Below, one piece after another: positions 30,314 through 39,406 of a stretch of DNA of 64,000 bases (positions within the stretch are counted from its first letter, which is position 1; every line of letters starts with the position of its first letter). The stretch covers positions 11,321-75,320 of the forward strand of contig JAPSKV010000013.1 of NCBI GenBank assembly GCA_031181385.1. The letters run 5' to 3'. Source of the DNA: Fredinandcohnia onubensis. Its GTDB lineage: Bacteria; Bacillota; Bacilli; Bacillales; Bacillaceae_L. The notes beneath the pieces were generated by a model. It searched no databases. It was not told where the DNA came from and saw nothing but the letters and a program-made list of their open reading frames with translations. The position numbers and the translations under genes are program-made.

Positions 30314-30877
30314 ATGAATCTAGTCAAAATAAAAGGAGAAAAAGTCACTTTACGTCCAGTCGAAAAAGAAGATTTACCTGTACTATGGGAAATGCGCTAC
30401 GGGAACCCAAATACAGAATGGAAAAAGTGGGATGCGCCTTATTTCACACTTAAGTACATAGATAAAGAAACATATTTAAAAAAAGCGGAACATCAACTCG
30501 CCATGCAACATCACCCATTAGATCACATGATTATTGAAGCGGATGGTCAAATCATCGGATCAGTTATTTTCTACTGGGAAAGTGAAGCCACCAGATGGCT
30601 TGAGATGGGCATTGTCATCTATCTCCCAGAATATTGGGGAGATGGCTACGGAACCGAGGCAATGAAGCATTGGATTGCCTATTTATTTGAAACGATCCCA
30701 TATATCGAAAGAGTCGGATACACGACATGGTCAGGCAATCAACGAATGATCAAGGTTGGCCAAAAGCTCGGAATGACCCTCGAAGCGCGCATGAGAAAAT
30801 GTCGCTACTATAACGGGTTCTACTATGACTCAATCCGGATGGGGTTGCTCAGAGAAGAATGGGAACAAGATAAATAA
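30314..30877 (+). CDS. RimJ/RimL-type GNAT acetyltransferase
   Basis: YWGDGYGTEA; TWSGNQRMIKVGQKLG. Confidence 0.9.
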   Translation: MNLVKIKGEKVTLRPVEKEDLPVLWEMRYGNPNTEWKKWDAPYFTLKYIDKETYLKKAEHQLAMQHHPLDHMIIEADGQIIGSVIFYWESEATRWLEMGIVIYLPEYWGDGYGTEAMKHWIAYLFETIPYIERVGYTTWSGNQRMIKVGQKLGMTLEARMRKCRYYNGFYYDSIRMGLLREEWEQDK

Positions 30878-30962
30878 AATCTCGAACCTGCATTCCTAGT
30901 GAAATGCAGGTTTTTTTAATGAGACAAAGGTTCATTGTCCCACAAAATTTTTCCAACTTTAA

Positions 30963-31015
30963 TTGACACCTTTCAAACATCAGCTTAATATTATATATGA
31001 GCATATGCTCATATA
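30963..31015 (+). promoter_or_regulatory. sigmaA promoter with CzrA/SmtB-type operator
   Basis: TTGACA-N17-TAATAT; perfect 22-bp palindrome TATATGAGCATATGCTCATATA at 30994-31015. Confidence 0.85.
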
Positions 31016-31038
31016 CTTTAAATAAAGTGGGGATATTT

Positions 31039-32076
31039 ATGTATGATGTTGTGATAATCGGAGCCGGTCAAGCGGGTTTAGCCATGGGTTATTATTTAAA
31101 ACAAGCCGACCAATCATTTCTACTTATAGATAAAGCGAAGGAAATCGGGGAATCATGGAAAAATCGGTATGATTCACTAACGCTTTTTACACCAAGAGCT
31201 TATAGTGAGCTTCCTGATTTCAAAATGAACGGTCCAAGGCAAGGTTACCCAACAAAGGATGAGGTTGCCGATTATTTGGCTAAATACGCATCATACCATT
31301 CACTTCCGACCCAACTAAATACAACAGTCACCAACGTTACAGAGGCAGAAGATGGCTTTAAAATTGAAACTACGAAAGAAATAATCCAGGCCAAAAATAT
31401 AGTGATTGCAACTGGACCATTTCAAGAACCATCGATCCCAAATTTTGCAAAGAACTTATCCAATCAAGTATTTCAAATCCATTCATCACAATATAATAAT
31501 CCAACGCAACTCAAAGATGGACCTGTTTTGGTTGTGGGGGGAGCAAATTCTGGTGCACAAATTGGAGTTGAGTTGGCAAAAGAGCGGACTGTGTATCTCT
31601 CGGTTAGCCAAAAATTCAACTTTATCCCGCAGGACTTCGGTGGGAAGAGCATTTTTTGGTGGTTTGATAAATTTGGTATACTCAAAGCCAGTACAACATC
31701 CAAACTAGGTACTTTTATAAAAAAACGTCCCGATCCGATTTTTGGATTTGAATTAAAGATAGCCATCAAGTCAGGTAAAGTTACGATAAAACCAAGAACC
31801 ATTTCTTTAAAAGAAGATACATTTGTTTTTGAAGATAAAAGCGACCTTAACGTTCCTAATGTAGTTTGGGCAACAGGGTTCAAATCTAATTATCATTGGC
31901 TACAAATCCCGAACGCATTACAAGAAAACGGTGAGCCAGAGCATATAAAAGGAATCACAAAAATCAAAGGTCTTTATTTTTTAGGATTACCCTGGCAAAC
32001 GAGAAGAGGATCAGCCTTACTCCAGGGAGTTGCCGATGATGCAAAGTTCATTGCTCAGCATATCCAGGTAACCTAG
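31039..32076 (+). CDS. czcO: Flavin-containing oxidoreductase, CzcO-like
   Basis: IIGAGQAGLA, WKNRYDSL, VVGGANSG, WATGF; clustered with czcD. Confidence 0.8.
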   Translation: MYDVVIIGAGQAGLAMGYYLKQADQSFLLIDKAKEIGESWKNRYDSLTLFTPRAYSELPDFKMNGPRQGYPTKDEVADYLAKYASYHSLPTQLNTTVTNVTEAEDGFKIETTKEIIQAKNIVIATGPFQEPSIPNFAKNLSNQVFQIHSSQYNNPTQLKDGPVLVVGGANSGAQIGVELAKERTVYLSVSQKFNFIPQDFGGKSIFWWFDKFGILKASTTSKLGTFIKKRPDPIFGFELKIAIKSGKVTIKPRTISLKEDTFVFEDKSDLNVPNVVWATGFKSNYHWLQIPNALQENGEPEHIKGITKIKGLYFLGLPWQTRRGSALLQGVADDAKFIAQHIQVT

Positions 32077-32103
32077 CACAATTTAAGAAAGAAGGGTTAA
32101 ATA

Positions 32104-32412
32104 GTGGAACAAAAAGATCATTCCTTTTTATCACAAACCACAATTGACGAAGCATCACGCATTTTTAAAGCACTCGCGGATCCGACGCGGATTAAAATTC
32201 TCTATTTATTATCACAAGAGGAATGTTCAGTTACCCATATTGCAGAAATCCTCGAAATGTCACAATCAGCGGTATCCCATCAACTCAGCCTACTGCGAAA
32301 TCTTCGCTTAGTGACATACCGACGCGAGGGGAATACATTCCTTTATACATATGATGATGAACATGTCATTACCTTGCTCCACCAAGTCATTCATCATATT
32401 GAACATGAATAG
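32104..32412 (+). CDS. czrA: ArsR/SmtB zinc-sensing repressor
   Basis: FKALADPTRIKIL, SQSAVSHQL; alpha5 site D-x-H-x10-H-x2-H (DEHVITLLHQVIHHIEH). Confidence 0.85.
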   Translation: MEQKDHSFLSQTTIDEASRIFKALADPTRIKILYLLSQEECSVTHIAEILEMSQSAVSHQLSLLRNLRLVTYRREGNTFLYTYDDEHVITLLHQVIHHIEHE

Positions 32413-32421
32413 GAGGGGAAA

Positions 32422-33378
32422 ATGATGGGACATCACCATCACCACCATCATCACGGTCACGACCATCATGGTCACCATCACCATCACCATCATCATTTTG
32501 ATGAAGTTAGGGAAGGCAATAAAAAAGGCTTACTCATAGCTCTAATCATTACAACTGGAATCATGCTGCTGGAATTTTTCGGAGGTCTTATTACAAACAG
32601 TTTAGCTTTGTTATCAGATTCAGGTCATATGCTTAGTGATGCAAGTTCATTAGCATTAAGCTTAGTTGCATTTTGGTTTGCTACCCGACCTGCATCACCG
32701 AAGAAGACCTATGGGTTTTACCGATTTGAGATTTTAGCCGCCCTTTTTAATGCAGTTACACTGTTTGTCATTGCTGGTTTTATCGTTTATGAGGCATTTC
32801 ATCGATTTTTCGAGCCTCCGACTGTAGCAAGTGGAACGATGATGATTATTGCTGGAATTGGTCTTTTGGCGAATATACTGAGTGCTTGGTCACTGATTAG
32901 TAAAGGCGATGTAAAAAACAACGTTAATCTAAGGAGCGCATACCTCCATGTTCTTGGAGATGCACTTGGATCAGTGGGTGCCATAATCGCAGGACTCTTG
33001 ATGCTGATGTTTGAATGGTATATAGCGGATCCCATTATTTCTGTAGTTGTCGCAATCCTGATTTTAAAAAGTGCATGGGGTGTGTTAACACATTCGATTC
33101 ATATTTTAATGGAAGGTACGCCGATTACGATTGATCAAAAAGAAGTGAAAGCCACCCTTGAAGAAATTGAAGGAGTAATTGATGTTCATGATCTTCACAT
33201 TTGGACGATCACATCAGGCATTGATTCGCTCACCTGTCATATTTTAATCAAAGACGACCATGACAGCCAGGAAATTTTACAGCAATCCATTGATAAAATA
33301 CGTGACAAATTCAAAATCGAACATACCACCATTCAAATTGAAAAATCATCGATTGAGCATGGGGAAATGCGAGTATAG
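32422..33378 (+). CDS. czcD: CDF zinc/cobalt/cadmium exporter with His-rich N-terminus
   Basis: LALLSDSGHMLSD, AYLHVLGDALGS, HDLHIWTI, HTTIQIE; 19 His in first 25 residues. Confidence 0.93.
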   Translation: MMGHHHHHHHHGHDHHGHHHHHHHHFDEVREGNKKGLLIALIITTGIMLLEFFGGLITNSLALLSDSGHMLSDASSLALSLVAFWFATRPASPKKTYGFYRFEILAALFNAVTLFVIAGFIVYEAFHRFFEPPTVASGTMMIIAGIGLLANILSAWSLISKGDVKNNVNLRSAYLHVLGDALGSVGAIIAGLLMLMFEWYIADPIISVVVAILILKSAWGVLTHSIHILMEGTPITIDQKEVKATLEEIEGVIDVHDLHIWTITSGIDSLTCHILIKDDHDSQEILQQSIDKIRDKFKIEHTTIQIEKSSIEHGEMRV

Positions 33379-33483
33379 AAATCTCTAAAGGGGCATCCAA
33401 GAATGGAAGGCCCCTTCTTTTAATAAAAGGCATTTATATTGTAAAATAAAAGTATCTACGGTTTTTTATTAGGAGATGGAGAA

Positions 33484-34185
33484 ATGAGAGTTCTTGTTAT
33501 AGAAGACAATGAGAGTGTTTGTTCAATGATCGAAATGTTTTTTTCAAAGGAAGGTATTCAGGGTGAGTTCGTCCATGATGGACTAAAGGGTTATAATCGA
33601 TTTAAAGAGGAGAATTGGGATTTAATCATTGTGGACTGGATGCTTCCTAGTATGGATGGCGTGACCATCTGCAGAAAAATACGCGAAGAAAAAAGCTCTG
33701 TTCCGATTATTATGCTTACCGCAAAGGACAGCGAATCTGATCAGGTATTGGGCCTTGAGATGGGTGCAGACGACTATGTTACAAAGCCATTCAGCCCACT
33801 TGCTTTAATGGCACGGATTAAGGCGGTCACAAGACGCTACAATAGTAAGCCTTCAGAGGAAGTAGAAACGGGAACACTTCAAACAGAACATTTTAAAATA
33901 AATAAAATTACAAGAGAAGTTATTCTGAACGGGAAGTCAATTACGAATTTAACGCCTAAGGAATTTGATTTATTGTATTATTTTGCGCAGCATCCGAAAC
34001 AAGTATTTTCTAGAGAACAGTTATTAGATCGCGTGTGGGGTTACCAATTTTATGGAGATGAGCGCACGGTCGATGTACATATTAAGCGGCTACGTAAAAA
34101 ATTAGGGACTGCGAATCAGCCATTTTTCCATACAGTGTGGGGTGTTGGCTATAAATTTGATGAGACCGTTGAGGAAGACAAATGA
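33484..34185 (+). CDS. yclJ: OmpR-family response regulator
   Basis: IEDNESVCSMIEMFF, DWMLP, KPFSP, FYGDERTVDVHIKRLR; recalled close match to B. subtilis YclJ. Confidence 0.85.
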   Translation: MRVLVIEDNESVCSMIEMFFSKEGIQGEFVHDGLKGYNRFKEENWDLIIVDWMLPSMDGVTICRKIREEKSSVPIIMLTAKDSESDQVLGLEMGADDYVTKPFSPLALMARIKAVTRRYNSKPSEEVETGTLQTEHFKINKITREVILNGKSITNLTPKEFDLLYYFAQHPKQVFSREQLLDRVWGYQFYGDERTVDVHIKRLRKKLGTANQPFFHTVWGVGYKFDETVEEDK

Positions 34186-35585
34186 AATTTCGGTACATGT
34201 TTCAACAACTTGTTAGTCACATAAGTGTGATTGTGGTTGCTTTTGTTATCTTAAGTATTGTGTTCGCGCATTACGTTGGAAACCTCGTCTTCGAAGAAAA
34301 GGTCGAAGAATTGACCACTTATGGTGAAAACATCATTTCCGATATTAGTCGCACATCTAATGTGGATTCATTAATTCGTCAGTACTCAAACATGCTAGGT
34401 GAGAGAAATATCTTATTTACAGTATTTGATGAAAATGGTGTAAGTCTGAGTAATGTCAGTGGATTTGTACCACAAGTGGAGTTAAAAAAGAAGGAATGGG
34501 ACAAGGTCCGCAGTGGGCATATCGTCTCAGTCAAACAGGATTATAAGCGATTTGAACAAGAAGTGACATTTATTGTCATGCCTTATATGATTGGTCAAGC
34601 TTTTGTCGGTGGGGTCTTGCTTGCGTCCCCAATCAGCGGGACACAGGAAATGATTCATGATATTAACCAGTATTTATTTTATACAATGTTTTTAGCATTG
34701 GCTGTTGCTCTTTTAATGAGTTGGATTTTGTCGACGGTTCATGTGAAACGCATCAAACGCTTAAGGAAAGCTACCTCAATGATTTCTGCTGGAGATTATT
34801 CGATTAAATTACCTTCATCCGATTTTGATGAGATTGGGGAGTTATCGAAGGATTTTAACGAAATGGCGCAGCGCTTGCAGCAATCAATGGAGGAAATTGA
34901 AAGCCTTGAAAGCAGAAGGCGAAAATTCATGGCCGATGTTTCCCATGAATTACGAACTCCACTTACAACGATTAGTGGGGTGATTGAAGGGTTAAGTAAT
35001 GACTTGATTCCAGATGAAGAAAAGGCAAAAGGCGTTCAATTGGTGAGTCAGGAGACAAAGCGTCTCATTCGTCTTGTGAATGAAAATCTGGATTATGAAA
35101 AAATACGTTCTAATCAGGTTACGCTTCAAAAGGAAACAATCGAATTAATTGAAGTGCTTGAGGTTGTTAAAGACACACTTGAACCACAAGCAGAAGAAAA
35201 AAATGATCAAATCAGGATTGATGTTCCAAACGATTTAATGATTACAGCAGACTACGACCGTTTAATACAAATTCTAATTAATATCACAAAAAACAGTATT
35301 CAGTTTACTGATAATGGCACCATTTGGATTCGTGGAAAAGCAGGAGAACATGAAACAATTATTGAAATTGAAGATACGGGTATCGGTATTGATCCAGCAG
35401 AAATAGAAAATATTTGGCATCGTTTTTATAAAGCAGATGTCTCTCGAACGGGTACACTATTCGGTCAATTTGGCCTAGGACTTTCGATCGTAAAACAGTT
35501 GGTTCAGCTTCATCATGGTAAAATTAAGGTAACGAGTGAAAGAGGAAAAGGAACCAAGTTTGAAATTCGATTTCCATTAACGTAA
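34182..35585 (+). CDS. yclK: HAMP sensor histidine kinase
   Basis: Two TM, HAMP, VSHELRTPL H-box, DTGIGI, GLGLSI; overlaps RR stop. Confidence 0.85.
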   Translation: MKFRYMFQQLVSHISVIVVAFVILSIVFAHYVGNLVFEEKVEELTTYGENIISDISRTSNVDSLIRQYSNMLGERNILFTVFDENGVSLSNVSGFVPQVELKKKEWDKVRSGHIVSVKQDYKRFEQEVTFIVMPYMIGQAFVGGVLLASPISGTQEMIHDINQYLFYTMFLALAVALLMSWILSTVHVKRIKRLRKATSMISAGDYSIKLPSSDFDEIGELSKDFNEMAQRLQQSMEEIESLESRRRKFMADVSHELRTPLTTISGVIEGLSNDLIPDEEKAKGVQLVSQETKRLIRLVNENLDYEKIRSNQVTLQKETIELIEVLEVVKDTLEPQAEEKNDQIRIDVPNDLMITADYDRLIQILINITKNSIQFTDNGTIWIRGKAGEHETIIEIEDTGIGIDPAEIENIWHRFYKADVSRTGTLFGQFGLGLSIVKQLVQLHHGKIKVTSERGKGTKFEIRFPLT

Positions 35586-35640
35586 TCCATCATAATAATG
35601 GTGGATTTTCGTTTATTTTTCCACTTCTTTTCAAGGTTTG

Positions 35641-35661
35641 TTAATATTTTGTTCATAAATT
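35641..35661 (+). promoter_or_regulatory. OmpR-type direct repeat upstream of htrA
   Basis: TTAATATTTT-g-TTCATAAATT, 11-bp period, 45 nt upstream of start. Confidence 0.45.
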
Positions 35662-35705
35662 TTGACTATGATATAAATAGGGAGTAATTCAAGGAGGAAT
35701 TCATA

Positions 35706-37151
35706 ATGGAAAACGATAAACGTTTTAATGAATTTAAACATACAGATGATCAATCTAACAACCTAGATAATAAGGAAAGCTATACTGCAGAGAGTCAGTC
35801 AGAGCAGGAAAACGTGGATTTGAAATCAGAGGTAGAACATCGTGATATAGAGCCAACGCTATCCGAACCAACTGAAACCCTTCAGAATTCAGAAGTTATT
35901 GAAGCAACATCTCAGCAAACAGCAGTTACCGAAGAATCGGCTCTTCGTGCATCAAGGCCAAAAGAGAAAAAGTCAAACTCAAAAGCGAAAAGCTTTTTAT
36001 CCATGTTGTCTGCAGGTGTCCTTGGTTCGGCATTAACGCTTGGAGTTGCACCACATATTGACGGTCTCCAGGGATATTTCAATTCAGAGTCTCCTGCAAC
36101 AGAGCAGAACTCCGAGGTTATTGAAGCATCTGGACCGGTAAAAATCCAACCTACCACAGTTAATGACTCAGCGTCTTCTGTCGCGGATATGGTGGAAGAG
36201 GCATCAAAAGGGATCGTCGGAATCACAAGTATGCAATCCCAACAAAATCCATTTAACAGAAGCAGTTCGCAAAGTGTTGAAAGTGGAACGGGCTCAGGGG
36301 TTATTTTTCAAAAAGATGGAGATAAAGCATATATTGTAACGAATAACCACGTTATCGAAAATGCAAATGAGGTTGAAATCTCCCTTCATAATGGTGAAAA
36401 AACAATGGCTAAGTTGATTGGAACAGATCCATTAACCGATTTAGCTGTTTTAGAAATAGATGCTAAACATGTCGAGGCGGTTCTTCCATTTGGTGATTCT
36501 GGGACACTAAGACCTGGTGATCAGGTATTTGCGATTGGGAATCCACTTGGACTCGATTTATCAAGAACAGTTACATCAGGAATTGTAAGTGCTAAAGACC
36601 GAAGCATATCGGTTGATACCTCTGCAGGTAGCTGGGAACTAAACGTTATTCAGACGGATGCGGCCATTAACCCAGGTAACAGTGGTGGCGCTCTATTAAA
36701 CACACAAGGACAAGTAATTGGAATTAACAGCTTGAAGATTGCGAATAGCGGAGTAGAAGGATTAGGCTTCGCGATTCCAAGTAATGATGTTGTTCCGATT
36801 ATTAACAGTCTGATTGAAAATGGTAAAATTGAGCGTCCATTTATCGGCATCGGTTTAGCGGACCTAGCGGAAGTTCCAAGAATGTATTACGCTGACCTTC
36901 CGAATGACGTGAAGGAAGGAGTCATTGTAACGAGTGTTGCGCAAAACTCAGCAGCAGAAAAAGCTGGTTTAAAAATGACCGATGTCATCGTAAAAATAAA
37001 CGATACAGAAGTTAAGAGCTCAATGGACCTTCGCAAATATTTATATTCAAAAGTAAAAATAGGCGATCAAATTGAATTAACCTTCTATCGAGGTGGAAAT
37101 CTCGAAACAGCTTCATTAACTTTAACAAGTAATACGACTGGAATTGAATAA
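35706..37151 (+). CDS. htrA: HtrA/DegP-like membrane serine protease with PDZ
   Basis: TNNHV, DLAV, AAINPGNSGGAL catalytic triad motifs; TM segment; C-terminal PDZ. Confidence 0.93.
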   Translation: MENDKRFNEFKHTDDQSNNLDNKESYTAESQSEQENVDLKSEVEHRDIEPTLSEPTETLQNSEVIEATSQQTAVTEESALRASRPKEKKSNSKAKSFLSMLSAGVLGSALTLGVAPHIDGLQGYFNSESPATEQNSEVIEASGPVKIQPTTVNDSASSVADMVEEASKGIVGITSMQSQQNPFNRSSSQSVESGTGSGVIFQKDGDKAYIVTNNHVIENANEVEISLHNGEKTMAKLIGTDPLTDLAVLEIDAKHVEAVLPFGDSGTLRPGDQVFAIGNPLGLDLSRTVTSGIVSAKDRSISVDTSAGSWELNVIQTDAAINPGNSGGALLNTQGQVIGINSLKIANSGVEGLGFAIPSNDVVPIINSLIENGKIERPFIGIGLADLAEVPRMYYADLPNDVKEGVIVTSVAQNSAAEKAGLKMTDVIVKINDTEVKSSMDLRKYLYSKVKIGDQIELTFYRGGNLETASLTLTSNTTGIE

Positions 37152-37474
37152 TTGACATAAAGGGCCCAAATCGAATCAGATTTGGGTCTATTTGCGTCGG
37201 AAATCTATCCGACATTTTTTTCTATTGCCGACACCATTTCCCGGGAAACGACAGCGTGTATTGGTTAGTGACAGCAAATTTAAACAGATATAAAAACACT
37301 CTAGACCATAGGAATTATGCATGGTACTAACTATTACCTAAATATCAATTATTTTTAAAATATTCTTTCAGTTTCTTAAGAAAATAGAATACTTATAAAC
37401 GCAATAATCTGGTCTCAACTAACATCAAGTGCCATATAGATTACTACCACTTAAAAAAACAGGAGGAGTTTACA

Positions 37475-37930
37475 ATGAGTCACTATTTATTGACGCAATT
37501 TGAATTATTAAAAGGTCGTTTTCTTGGCGATTTAGAGGATGTAACGGACGACATAGTTACCATTCAACCGGACGGTTTTAATAATACAATTCTTTGGCAT
37601 GTAGGTCATCTCGTTACGGTCAATGAGCAGTTTATGTTTGGCTATCCTAAGAAATCTACTTTTCTACCGGAAAATTATATGAACCTCTTTGCCAAAGGAA
37701 CTAGTCCTTCCGACTGGAATGGAGAAACCCCCTCAATAGCAGATCTAGTAAATCAATTTACCGAACAGGTAGCTAGAATACAGCAAATCACCGTTGAACG
37801 TTTTGAAGAGAGATTGAAACAACCTTTTCTTGGGCTTGAAACCTTTGGTGAAATAACGAATCTAGCGCTATTCCATATTGCCTACCATTTAGGCCAAATT
37901 CATGCGATGAAGATTATGCTTCAAAAGTAA
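37475..37930 (+). CDS. DinB family protein
   Basis: FNNTILWHVGH; FHIAYHLGQI. Confidence 0.88.
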   Translation: MSHYLLTQFELLKGRFLGDLEDVTDDIVTIQPDGFNNTILWHVGHLVTVNEQFMFGYPKKSTFLPENYMNLFAKGTSPSDWNGETPSIADLVNQFTEQVARIQQITVERFEERLKQPFLGLETFGEITNLALFHIAYHLGQIHAMKIMLQK

Positions 37931-38120
37931 GTAAACTACAAATTTGGAGGAAAACACATATTCCCTTGCAAACTATAAAAAGTATAAAAAGCACTTGACA
38001 ATTCTAGAAAAAATAAAAATGCTAGTATGTTTTTAGTTCAATAGTATGATATGATAAGAGTATGTCATCAAAAGGCCTTTCATTCTTAGTGCTATTAAGA
38101 ATGAAAAGGGGATTTTTGAT

Positions 38121-38690
38121 TTGAAGAAAAGAACATGGACGTATGAAGAAATAGAGTTTTTGAAGGACAATGTAGGCCGTATGAAAATCTCTACCATTGC
38201 CAATCACGTAGAACGAACGGAAACGGCAGTTGAGTTAAAGATTAAAAGATTAGGGCTTTCGAACACCAAGTCCTTTACAGGTCAATTGACAATGCATGAA
38301 TTGGCGACTCTATTAAAAATTGATCCAAAGTCTGTAAAGCTATGGATTGATAACCATGGACTAAGGTACACAAAAAAGGCAACGCGAAATACACGAAAAT
38401 TTTACTTTATTAAACCCGAAGATTTTTGGGATTGGGCGAAGAATAATAAAAGCCGAATTGACTTCTCGAAAATTGAAAAAAATGCTATCGTTCCTGAACC
38501 ATGTTGGGTGGAAGGAGAGCGTTCAAAGCAAAAGAGGGTCAATTATCGAGCGTGGACAACAGTAGAAATTAACTCCATGATTGAGCTTGTGGCAACAGGT
38601 ACTCCGTTTACCGACATTGGAAAAAGACTAAACCGTAGCCCAATTAGCATCCAACGTAAATACCAGCGTATGAGCAAAGCAGTGAAATAA
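38121..38690 (+). CDS. Hypothetical DNA-binding protein with terminal Myb/HTH-like repeats
   Basis: WTYEEIEFL..TAVELKIKRLGL and WTTVEINSM..IGKRLNRSPISIQRK; TTG start with AAGGGG RBS; basic. Confidence 0.7.
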   Translation: MKKRTWTYEEIEFLKDNVGRMKISTIANHVERTETAVELKIKRLGLSNTKSFTGQLTMHELATLLKIDPKSVKLWIDNHGLRYTKKATRNTRKFYFIKPEDFWDWAKNNKSRIDFSKIEKNAIVPEPCWVEGERSKQKRVNYRAWTTVEINSMIELVATGTPFTDIGKRLNRSPISIQRKYQRMSKAVK

Positions 38691-38713
38691 ATACATCATT
38701 GATAAAAACCAAA

Positions 38714-38800
38714 CTATACAAAAGGCAAAATTGTTGAAAGACAATGACGCAAAGCCACGGGCCTAAGGAGGATTCCTCTATGGTGGCCGGGTTGCTATAG
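38714..38800 (+). ncRNA. Cyclic di-GMP-I (GEMM) riboswitch aptamer
   Basis: GGCAAA-ATTGTT-GAAA-GACAAT-GACGCAAAGCCACGGGCCTAA..TATGGTGGCCGGGTTGC with closing CTATA/TATAG, matching the recalled consensus and GNRA tetraloop. Confidence 0.9.
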
Positions 38801-38828
38801 AATGGAAGGGTTCCTTTAATTGATGACG

Positions 38829-38873
38829 AAAAAATGGGAGATACTAGTTGAATAACTAGTTCTCCCATTTTTT
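38829..38873. terminator. Bidirectional intrinsic terminator
   Basis: AAAAAATGGGAGATACTAGTT-gaat-AACTAGTTCTCCCATTTTTT. Confidence 0.85.
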
Positions 38874-38879
38874 AGAGGA

Positions 38880-39081
38880 TGTTCAAAAAGTCCGGTGAAA
38901 TTGACACATCGAATTTCTTCGTTGGCTTGTTTTTCCGTTGCTCACGTATTAACTACATACGTTCCACTACTCAAAACTGCACCGCCTCGAACTTTCGACG
39001 CACAGGACGTGCTAGTGTCGACAATGCCACAGGACGTGGCGTTTTTGTCGACGTGGTCCTTTTCATCCTCCTTTTTGAACA
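38880..39081. mobile_element. MITE-like repeat, long variant
   Basis: 11-bp terminal IR TGTTCAAAAAG/CTTTTTGAACA; aligns end to end with 63155-63296 apart from a 58-bp insert. Confidence 0.75.
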
Positions 39082-39092
39082 AGCATATTACA

Positions 39093-39203
39093 TTATTGAT
39101 CAAGTGAATTATCATCTAATTCTTTAACACCGTTCATAATTTGCACTGCAAAACCGACACAAACTAGAATAAGACTAAAAACAAGAAAATATGCTACAAA
39201 CAT
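39093..39203 (-). CDS. 36-aa single-TM peptide
   Basis: GAGGTGA RBS, ATG..TAA; MFVAYFLVFSLILVCVGFAVQIMNGVKELDDNSLDQ. Confidence 0.6.
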   Translation of the reverse strand: MFVAYFLVFSLILVCVGFAVQIMNGVKELDDNSLDQ

Positions 39204-39406
39204 GTAACTCTCACCTCATCATAGTTTTTTCTATTTCTATCTTTAGTATAGTGCGAACCCATATAGGCTTCTGTGATTTAAATCACAAAAACACTCTATT
39301 TTCGAAATTTCCCTATGTGAAATTGGAATCAATTCTCGTTGTAGTTCCTTTTTAATTGTGATATATTTTTTTAGATACAATCTGTGATAACGGAAGGATA
39401 ATTTGC

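Noticed and set aside
32308-32496. Met/Val-rich minus-strand ORF
   Set aside because: It is the reverse complement of the CAY His tract of czcD
38879-39127. Track ORFs of 82 aa and 70 aa as real genes
   Set aside because: They lie almost wholly in the MITE-like repeat, lack convincing RBSs, and the second copy does not preserve them
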